This document shows, piece by piece, positions 9,353 to 17,001 of a stretch of 44,778 bases of DNA. Below the pieces are notes generated by a model. That model was not told the origin of the DNA, ran no database searches, and was given only the letters and a program-made list of their open reading frames with translations. The translations under genes were made by a program, and so were the position numbers. This DNA comes from Candidatus Taylorbacteria bacterium RIFCSPLOWO2_01_FULL_45_34b (lineage in GTDB: Bacteria > Patescibacteriota > Minisyncoccia > Phycocordibacterales > DSPV01): positions 1 through 44,778 of the forward strand of contig MHRY01000048.1 of the NCBI GenBank assembly GCA_001822675.1. The letters run 5' to 3'. Every line of letters begins with the position of its first letter. Positions within the stretch are counted from its first letter, which is position 1.

Positions 9353-9528
9353 AGTCAAATAATCGCTCGGATTCATTTTTTGAAATGTACGGATATTTTT
9401 CTGCTGAAAAATTCCTCGTGCTCGCGCCAGTCGCGCTCACAAGTCATTTCAAAAAAGAATCCTCGCTTAGAGGATAAGGAATTAGGGTTCTAAAGTCTTT
9501 CAAAATGAATCCGAGCGGCTATTTGACT
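9353..9528. repeat. MITE-like element with 27-bp imperfect terminal inverted repeats
   Basis: AGTCAAATAATCGCTCGGATTCATTTT (9353-9379) matches the reverse complement of 9502-9528 (AGTCAAATAGCCGCTCGGATTCATTTT) with 2 mismatches. Confidence 0.55.
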
Positions 9529-9584
9529 TATCTATGTTTTTTTGTTTAAATAGAGTCACCTAGAGCTGCGGCTCTTTTTCATTT

Positions 9585-11384
9585 ATGGAATCGAAAGAAA
9601 TACGAAATATTGCAATAATTGCCCACGTTGACCACGGCAAAACGACCCTGACGGACGCGCTTATGCGCCAAACCGGCATGGTCACGGATACGTCAGTTAG
9701 CATGGATTCAAACGCGCTCGAGCAGGAGCGTGGTATTACCATATACGCCAAAAACGCTTCACTTTTTTGGAAAGGCACGAAAATCAATATTGTTGACACT
9801 CCAGGTCACGCGGACTTCGGTTCTGAAGTTGAACGGGTGCTCCGATCGATTGACACCGTTCTTCTTCTGGTTGACGCCCAAGAAGGTCCGATGCCCCAAA
9901 CCCGTTTCGTTCTTAAGAAATCACTGGAACTTGGACTGAAACCAATTGTCATCGTAAACAAAATTGATAAACCCGCCGCGCGACCAGACGAAGTCCATGA
10001 AGAAATTCTCGAGCTTTTTGTGGAGCTCGGCGCCTCAAACGACCAAATTGATTTCCATACCATCTACGCCATCAGCCGCAACGGCATTGCCAAACGAAAA
10101 TTAACGGACGAATCGAAAGATCTCTCGCCGCTTCTTGACGCTATTTTGGAATTGGTGCCGCCAGCTAAAGGCGACACCGCGCTCCCCTTCCGCATGCAAC
10201 CGTTCAATCTTGCGTATGATAATTTTCTCGGCCGCCTTGCCATCGGCCGCATGTACGAAGGCGTGCTCAAAATCGGCGCGAATGTTATCGTAAAAAAACC
10301 CGACGGTAGTTCGCATAAAGGCAAAATTACCAAACTCTACACCTTTGAAGGAATCAGCCGAAAAGAAGTCGAGGAAGTGCGAGCCGGAGACATCGTGATG
10401 ATTGCCGGACTACCGGATATTTACATCGGCGACACAGTTTGTGAAAAAGAAGATCAGCCGCCACTCCCCGCCATCGCCATTGATGAACCGACTATTTCGC
10501 TCAATTTCTTGGTTAATGATTCGCCGTTCGCTGGCCGGGAAGGAAAATTCGTTACGACTCGCCAAATCAAAGAACGACTCGAAAAAGAACTCGAAGTCAA
10601 CGTCGGTTTGAAAGTTGATTTCTCGGGCAGTGATTCATACAAAGTGTTCGGCCGCGGCGAACTCCATATCTCCATCCTGCTTGAAAACATGCGCCGTGAG
10701 GGTTATGAACTGCAAGTCTCCCAACCACAAGTCATCATAAAAGAAATTGACGGCCAAAAAATGGAGCCGTACGAAGAGACTATTGTGGACGTGCCAAGCG
10801 TTTCCGCTGGCGACGTTATTAAAAAACTGGGATCGAGACGCGGCATTCTTATGTCCCAGAAAGATCACGAAAATCAAACGCGGCTCATTTTCGAAATCCC
10901 GACTCGCGGCCTGTTGGGTTATCGGGGTGAATTCGTTATTAACACTAAAGGCGAAGGCATTTTGTCATCTCGTTTTATAGAATTCCGCGCATGGGCTGGC
11001 GAAATTAGAAAGCATGCGTTTGGCTCCATGATTTCCATGGAAAATGGCACGGCACTCGCCTACTCGCTGTTCAACCTGCAAGAACGCGGCACCATTTATA
11101 TTGATCCCGCCATTCCCGTCTACGAAGGTATGATTCTTGGAAATACTTCAAAAGGGGAGGACTTGGACGTAAACCCAACTAAAAACAAACTTTTGACTAA
11201 TTACCGAAACACCAATACCGGCGATGCTATTATGCTCATTCCGCCGTTTCGACTCACGATCGAACGTGGTTTGGAAATTATGAAAGAAGACGAATATTTG
11301 GAAATCACGCCAAAATCAGTCCGGCTTCGGAAACAATTCCTCTCCAAAACTGATCGAGCGCGAAATTCTCGAAAATCATCCTAG
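9585..11384 (+). CDS. typA: Translational GTPase TypA/BipA
   Basis: IRNIAIIAHVDHGKTTL, DTPGHADF, NKID, GRGELH, PTRGLLG and LEITPKSVRLRK motifs. Confidence 0.96.
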   Translation: MESKEIRNIAIIAHVDHGKTTLTDALMRQTGMVTDTSVSMDSNALEQERGITIYAKNASLFWKGTKINIVDTPGHADFGSEVERVLRSIDTVLLLVDAQEGPMPQTRFVLKKSLELGLKPIVIVNKIDKPAARPDEVHEEILELFVELGASNDQIDFHTIYAISRNGIAKRKLTDESKDLSPLLDAILELVPPAKGDTALPFRMQPFNLAYDNFLGRLAIGRMYEGVLKIGANVIVKKPDGSSHKGKITKLYTFEGISRKEVEEVRAGDIVMIAGLPDIYIGDTVCEKEDQPPLPAIAIDEPTISLNFLVNDSPFAGREGKFVTTRQIKERLEKELEVNVGLKVDFSGSDSYKVFGRGELHISILLENMRREGYELQVSQPQVIIKEIDGQKMEPYEETIVDVPSVSAGDVIKKLGSRRGILMSQKDHENQTRLIFEIPTRGLLGYRGEFVINTKGEGILSSRFIEFRAWAGEIRKHAFGSMISMENGTALAYSLFNLQERGTIYIDPAIPVYEGMILGNTSKGEDLDVNPTKNKLLTNYRNTNTGDAIMLIPPFRLTIERGLEIMKEDEYLEITPKSVRLRKQFLSKTDRARNSRKSS

Positions 11385-11526
11385 CTCCACAAATTTAGCA
11401 AATACCAGTGATAGCAAGCATATGCTAAATTTTAATTTCTAGATTTTTAAAAAATCATACACAACAATTATTTACGGTCGGAGTGGATTGTTGTGGTGTG
11501 TGAAAAAAGAAATAAAGATTGAATGA

Positions 11527-12080
11527 GAAAAAAGCCTCGTCCTCGAGCAGACTCGGGACGGGGCAAGGTGGTAATGAACTGTTTCACCTTAATAGGAACC
11601 TCTCTCACCAAAATTCCTCTTCAGAAATGAGAAATTCATTCCAACATCTGAAAAAGAGGGTATGGTGTGTGGACATCTCAAGTTGATCTGATCATCTCCA
11701 TACCCTCTCGAGTCAACCGAAGCTGACTCAAAGCGTTTGTCTGTAGAGGTCTGACCTCTACAGATTTGAAAGAGCTACGGGTGGGGTGAAAAAACTTCCA
11801 AATATGGTTCTCATTTCTCCCCGCCCGTTTTCCTGTCTCTGTTAGACAAAGACAAGAAAGTGACAGCAGCAGAAGACTAGCGAGAAAGCTTCCAAAACTG
11901 AGGAAGCTTATAGCTTCTGGGACGGAAAAGTGTCCTCCGCCTAAGGCGGAGGAAGTGTGAGTTAGTGGTAATTTCAAGTTAATTGACAATATCTCTCACA
12001 CAAAATCGTGGTGGGTAATGGACTTACTCAGTTTAATCGAGCTTCTCTCCCACCACTCCCCCGTCTTAAACGGGAGAAAA
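11527..12080 (-). ncRNA. TIGR-like stem-loop dual-spacer array 3 (5 units plus terminator)
   Basis: Minus-strand units at 12056-12008, 12001-11955, 11828-11777, 11707-11656 and 11609-11567, for example AGA-GAAGCTCGA-TTA-AAC-TGA-GTAAGTCCA-TTA. Terminator at 11564-11527. Stems appear in the same order as in array 1. Confidence 0.78.
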
Positions 12081-12093
12081 ATCGTCTGGCTAA

Positions 12094-12122
12094 AACTTAC
12101 CACGTCAATTGATTAAGGTCAA
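12094..12122 (-). promoter_or_regulatory. Sigma70-type promoter of array 3
   Basis: Minus-strand TTGACC, 17 nt, TAAGTT with an extended -10 TG. Confidence 0.65.
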
Positions 12123-12160
12123 CAAAACCCTTCTCGACAAAAGTCGAGAAGGGTTTTGTT
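12121..12160 (-). terminator. Terminator of the RRM gene
   Basis: AACAAAACCCTTCTCGAC-AAAA-GTCGAGAAGGGTTTTGTT perfect hairpin. Confidence 0.75.
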
Positions 12161-12208
12161 CGTGACTTTTAATTCCAGAATCTACATTCTAGAATCTAAA
12201 ATCTACTT

Positions 12209-12517
12209 TTAGAAACTTCTTCGGTCACTGCCACCTCGATCGAAACCACCGTTTCGTCTTGGAGGTCGCTCGGCCATCGGCCGTGCTTCGTTGACGGTAA
12301 TTTTCCGTCCTTCGATCTCTTTGCCGTTTAGAGTTTCCACTGCCTTATCAGCATCTGCATCTTCCATTTCCACGAAACCAAAGCCTCGTGAACGACCGTT
12401 CATTTTATCCAAAAGAACGTTTGCGGAGATAACAGCGCCAACACCGGCAAAAATGTCTTTCAGACCATCAGAGGTGGTGCTGTAAGACAAATTTCCAACA
12501 TACAATTTCTTTGCCAT
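12209..12517 (-). CDS. RNA-binding protein (RRM/RNP-1)
   Basis: KKLYVGNL (RNP2), RGFGFVEM (RNP1), ITVNEARP and a Gly/Arg-rich tail. Start trimmed to MAKKLY. Confidence 0.92.
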   Translation of the reverse strand: MAKKLYVGNLSYSTTSDGLKDIFAGVGAVISANVLLDKMNGRSRGFGFVEMEDADADKAVETLNGKEIEGRKITVNEARPMAERPPRRNGGFDRGGSDRRSF

Positions 12518-12691
12518 ATTGAGATACGCTAACTTACTAAATCCCGACCTCGTCTCAATATGGCTGACGCGAAACGCAATCAAAAACCTCTTGAGAAAAC
12601 GAATGGCACTAGCATACAGGATGCCACGGAAGTGTCAAGGGGACTACGTCGCTGTTTGTTAAAAGTAAGGTTTTTGGCTACAATATTAGCA

Positions 12692-14008
12692 ATGAGTGAA
12701 GAAAAGAAACAAAAACTCTCTACGGATTCCTACAAGGGCGTCAGGGACTTCTATCCGGCGGATATGGCCATCCAAAACTATATTTTCGGCGTGATTAAAA
12801 AAGTAGTCGAAAGCTATGGCTACCTTGAATATAGTGCCTCTATACTGGAATCAGCCGATCTCTACAAAGCAAAAACTGGCGAAGAAATTGTGAATGAACA
12901 AACCTACACCTTCACTGATCGAGGTGGGCGCGAGGTGACGCTTCGGCCAGAAATGACGCCGACGGTCGCCCGCATGGTAGCCAAAAATCAAAAAGCTCTT
13001 CTCTTCCCGCTTCGTTGGTATTCAATCCCCAATCTCTTTCGCTATGAACAGCCACAGCGAGGCCGGCTTCGCGAACACTGGCAACTGAACGCCGACATTT
13101 TTGGTGAGAAAAGCCTTCACGCTGAAGTGGAAATTATTTCGCTTGCTTCGAGCATCATGCGAGCGTTTGGCGTCAAAGACAATCAATTTGAAATCCGAAT
13201 AAACAGTCGAAAAATCATAAACTACATTTTTGGGGAGCTTTTTGCTTTTCCCGAAGAGACGCGCTCCGAGTTAGCAAAACTCATTGATAAAAAAGAGAAG
13301 ATGGGGGCGGCAGTTTTTAAAGCCGCTTTAAAAACTGCCGCCGGAGAAAAAACCGACAAACTTCTCACCCTTCTCAACTCCAAAAACTTCGAGGAATTCG
13401 CGAAATCGCTCGGCGAAACTGCAGGCGAAAAAGCTGGCATGGACGAAATCAAAACGGTCATCGCTTCACTTGAAAAACTCGGTATTACGAACGTGGTATT
13501 CGACCAGACCTTGATGCGCGGCTTCGATTACTACACTGGCGTCGTGTTTGAAATATTCGATCAAAACCCTGACAACCGCCGCTCACTTTTCGGCGGTGGC
13601 CGGTATGACGATCTCCTTGAAATTTTCGGCAAAGAAAAAGTGCCGGCGGTGGGCTTTGGCATGGGAGATGTGACAATCCGCGATGTTTTGGAGACCTACA
13701 GCCTCCTACCCTCACCCACTTCAAAAATTAAGCTGGCGCTCTGCACCATCGACGAAAACGGCATTGGCTATGCCGAGGAAGTGGCGCAAGAACTCCGCGC
13801 GCAAGACATTTCAGTTATCGTGAACTATTCTGACAAGAAAGTGGGGGATCAAATTAAAAGCGTGGTTCGTCAATCAATCCCCTATGTCATTTGTATTGGT
13901 TCTGATGAAATAAAAAGCGGGAAATTAAAACTAAAAGAACTCGCGAGTGGCAAAGAAACAGAATTGGAATCTTCAAATGTAGCGATGCACATCAAGAATC
14001 AGAAATAG
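12692..14008 (+). CDS. hisS: Histidine--tRNA ligase
   Basis: KGVRDFYP, LRPEMTPTVAR, FRYEQPQRGRLREHWQ, RGFDYYTG and GGGRYD motifs. Start trimmed to MSEEKK. Confidence 0.96.
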   Translation: MSEEKKQKLSTDSYKGVRDFYPADMAIQNYIFGVIKKVVESYGYLEYSASILESADLYKAKTGEEIVNEQTYTFTDRGGREVTLRPEMTPTVARMVAKNQKALLFPLRWYSIPNLFRYEQPQRGRLREHWQLNADIFGEKSLHAEVEIISLASSIMRAFGVKDNQFEIRINSRKIINYIFGELFAFPEETRSELAKLIDKKEKMGAAVFKAALKTAAGEKTDKLLTLLNSKNFEEFAKSLGETAGEKAGMDEIKTVIASLEKLGITNVVFDQTLMRGFDYYTGVVFEIFDQNPDNRRSLFGGGRYDDLLEIFGKEKVPAVGFGMGDVTIRDVLETYSLLPSPTSKIKLALCTIDENGIGYAEEVAQELRAQDISVIVNYSDKKVGDQIKSVVRQSIPYVICIGSDEIKSGKLKLKELASGKETELESSNVAMHIKNQK

Positions 14009-14059
14009 CTTTTTATTCGTGTTATTCGCTCTTTATTCGTAGATTTGTGTCGAGCCCAT

Positions 14060-14635
14060 ATGCGGAAAATTGTGTTTGATATTGAAACCAGAAATTTTTT
14101 TGATGAAACGGGGTCGAATGACCCCGCCTCTCTAGATATTGCCGTCGTCTGCACGCATGATAGTGAAACAAACCTCTACCAAAGTTTTTTTGAAGAAGAA
14201 CTGTCTAAATTGTGGCCGATTCTGGAAAAAGCCGACATGCTTGTCGGTTTTAATTCTGACCATTTCGACATTCCGCTTCTCAATAAATATTACCCGGGTG
14301 ATCTGACCAAGATAAAAAGTCTTGATCTTTTGAAAGAAGTCCGACTGTCACTCGGACGAAGAATTAAACTCGACACCTTAGCCGAAGCGACGCTCGGCCG
14401 AAACAAAACTGCAAATGGCTTAGTCGCCTCGACATGGTGGAAAAAAGGTGAAAAAGAAAAAGTCAGAGAATACTGTATTGAAGACGTGCGGATTACCAAA
14501 GATATTTATGACTTTGCCCGCGCAAACGGCCACCTCAAATACAAAGACGCTGGCGTGCTCAAAGAAATAAAACTCGACACCTCAAACTGGGAAAAGGCTG
14601 GCGGCCAATCAATGACGTTCACGTTGCCTTTTTAA
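14060..14635 (+). CDS. RNase H-like (DEDD/YprB-type) 3'-5' exonuclease domain protein
   Basis: FDIET (ExoI), GFNSDHFDIP (ExoII) and YCIEDV (ExoIII). Confidence 0.85.
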   Translation: MRKIVFDIETRNFFDETGSNDPASLDIAVVCTHDSETNLYQSFFEEELSKLWPILEKADMLVGFNSDHFDIPLLNKYYPGDLTKIKSLDLLKEVRLSLGRRIKLDTLAEATLGRNKTANGLVASTWWKKGEKEKVREYCIEDVRITKDIYDFARANGHLKYKDAGVLKEIKLDTSNWEKAGGQSMTFTLPF

Positions 14636-14812
14636 CCTAAAACTAGACGAGTAAGAAAAGTGATCTAGGGTAGGCCTATATAGGCCAGTGTCCAAACATG
14701 AATAAAGAGCGTGCTGATTCCATATACACTTAATTTCAGCGACCGCGTAAATTAAGTGTATGTTGACTTTTTGTGAGTATTTCAGTAATGTACGCTAAGA
14801 TACCGGGGGGAA

Positions 14813-15226
14813 ATGATTCCTCGGCAAACCATAGGAGGATGTGTGTTTTTTGTATTGACCATCGTATGCTCGGTTATCGGAATTGTCTTTTACAGTATTG
14901 CCGTTCACTGTGCAAAAAAACAAACCACGTTTGAAGACTTCGAAACGGGTGCATTCATAGCTGTCATTTTGGCAATAGCTTTTCATTTACTAAGTGGCCA
15001 AGACGGCAATGCAAAGTCACATTGGCGGTTGTGGAACACCAACATCAAGGTGACTGCGGCAATAACGAATGGGAACAATGTTGTCGTAACAGTAATCATC
15101 CCTAATGGCAAAATTAACCTCTATTCGTTCCCGAAAAACGAAGTCGAGAGCCTCGAGGTTGGAAAATATCACACTGTGGCAGGAAAAAACATATTGGCCA
15201 AACCAACTTTGGTTGTCTCTGAATAA
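14813..15226 (+). CDS. Hypothetical membrane protein
   Basis: Two N-terminal hydrophobic helices; upstream TTGACT promoter-like hexamer; terminator at about 15250-15281. Confidence 0.6.
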   Translation: MIPRQTIGGCVFFVLTIVCSVIGIVFYSIAVHCAKKQTTFEDFETGAFIAVILAIAFHLLSGQDGNAKSHWRLWNTNIKVTAAITNGNNVVVTVIIPNGKINLYSFPKNEVESLEVGKYHTVAGKNILAKPTLVVSE

Positions 15227-15356
15227 ATCGGCGGGGACAGAGACTTTCAACCCGCATTCGCCTTAGGTGAATGCGGGTTTTATTATTTTAATCTTTCATC
15301 CCAACACCAAATTAACGACTTGAAATTAACGACTTGCGATGTCGTTAATTTTTAGT

Positions 15357-16076
15357 TTATATCCCCGCAAGTCTGATAAAAGCGTAAAGAGTGGCGACAC
15401 CGAGAACAGTCATGAATGTTGTCCAATAGGTTGGATGAGCATGATGGCTCTCCGGCAATAAATCGCTTGCGCCGATGTAGAGGAAAAAGCCAGTGAAAAT
15501 GGCGAGAAGCATACCGAGCGTTGCATTTGTGACAGTTATAAATAAAGTAGCGAGAATTCCAAGAACCGGAGCCAGTGCGTCAACAATGAGCCATTTGAAC
15601 GCCATCTTTTTCCCTCCGCCGGATTTCAAAATAAGACCGACAGTGTTGATACCGTCAGAAAAATCATGTGCCAAAACCGCAAGCGCCACCACGATACCAA
15701 CCGCTGGGGAAACTTGAAAAGCAAACCCGACCGCCAAACCATCCAAAAAACTGTGGACAGAAAGACTGCCAGCGCCGAGCACGCCACGGTGTGTTTTATT
15801 TTCACAATTGACATCATCGTGACCATGACCGATGACTGCCCGATCCAAAATCATAAAAAGGACGAAACCGAGTGCGGCAAGCGAAGTGGTTAAAGAGATA
15901 TCGGATGTGCCGCTCATAAGCTCGAGACTCTCGGGCAGTAAATCAAAAAAAGCCACACCGATAACCGCGCCAGCGCTAAAACCCAAAACAAGATGTAATT
16001 TGTCCTTGAAACGTAGCGCGAATACCCCGCCTAAAAACGTGGCAAGAAAAGCGGCCACACCAATAAGAAAAATCAT
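15357..16076 (-). CDS. ZIP family metal (zinc/iron) transporter
   Basis: VHSFLDG and AHDFSDG metal-binding TM motifs; FSAGAVIGVAFFDLLPE; SDLLPESHH. Confidence 0.9.
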   Translation of the reverse strand: MIFLIGVAAFLATFLGGVFALRFKDKLHLVLGFSAGAVIGVAFFDLLPESLELMSGTSDISLTTSLAALGFVLFMILDRAVIGHGHDDVNCENKTHRGVLGAGSLSVHSFLDGLAVGFAFQVSPAVGIVVALAVLAHDFSDGINTVGLILKSGGGKKMAFKWLIVDALAPVLGILATLFITVTNATLGMLLAIFTGFFLYIGASDLLPESHHAHPTYWTTFMTVLGVATLYAFIRLAGI

Positions 16077-16170
16077 ACGCTAAACTATAGCACAAAAAAG
16101 TAATCTAGTAGACACTTGCTTTTTGGAAAATAATGCTATACTTTTTCAAACAATACATAATATATTTAAC

Positions 16171-16893
16171 ATGGAAAATATGGAAGGTCCAAAACAGAGC
16201 AGTTTAGCAGTGCCAATTGCCATTGTCATCGCCGGGATAATTGTGGGCGGCGCGATTATTTTCGGAAACAAAATACCGGTCGGAAATCAAGGAGCGGAAA
16301 AACCGACGGCTAAACCAGCCGAAGTGGGCGAGATGAGGCCAATCTCTTCGAGCGACCATATGCTCGGCAATCCATCCGCTCCTGTCGTCATCGTCGAGTA
16401 TTCGGACACCGAGTGTCCCTTCTGCAAAGTCTTCCATCGGACAATGAAAATTATTCTGAATGATTACGGAAAGACTGGCTCCGTGGCCTGGGTGTACCGC
16501 CACTTCCCTATTCCCGAACTTCACCCAAAAGCCAAACATGAAGCGGAAGCAACTGAATGTGCTTGGGAAATTGGTGGTAACACAAAATTCTTTGAGTACC
16601 TCGACCGTATTTTTACCATTACACCATCAAACAACGGACTAGATCCGGCAGAACTTCCAGTTATCGCCGAAGAAATTGGTTTGGATAAAGCGAAATTTAA
16701 CGCTTGCCTCGCAAGTGGTAAATACGCGGCAAAAATCGAAAATGATGTCGCGGATGCCCTTAAAGCAGGAGCCCGCGGCACTCCGCATAGCATTATTATC
16801 ACCAAAGATGGAACAAAAATTCCGATCGAAGGCGCCCAGCCGTACGAAATAGTCAAAGCAATGATTGACAGTGCTCTCGCGGAAATAAAGTAG
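16171..16893 (+). CDS. DsbA-family thioredoxin-fold oxidoreductase
   Basis: N-terminal TM anchor; EYSDTECPFC; RHFP; GTP cis-Pro loop; GAQPYE. Confidence 0.9.
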   Translation: MENMEGPKQSSLAVPIAIVIAGIIVGGAIIFGNKIPVGNQGAEKPTAKPAEVGEMRPISSSDHMLGNPSAPVVIVEYSDTECPFCKVFHRTMKIILNDYGKTGSVAWVYRHFPIPELHPKAKHEAEATECAWEIGGNTKFFEYLDRIFTITPSNNGLDPAELPVIAEEIGLDKAKFNACLASGKYAAKIENDVADALKAGARGTPHSIIITKDGTKIPIEGAQPYEIVKAMIDSALAEIK

Positions 16894-17001
16894 ACAAACA
16901 GAAGAAGCGGGGTCGGCCAAAGGCCGACCCCTGTTTTTTACTTTACGAATTAACTTCCGGTCGGAAGTTAATTCGTAATAACATCATAACGTAAGCCGCT
17001 T

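Noticed and set aside
1304..12080. Self-targets of the array spacers within this window
   Set aside because: I saw no convincing paired match by eye. Single 9-mers match by chance, and an exhaustive search could not be run, so no target is claimed.
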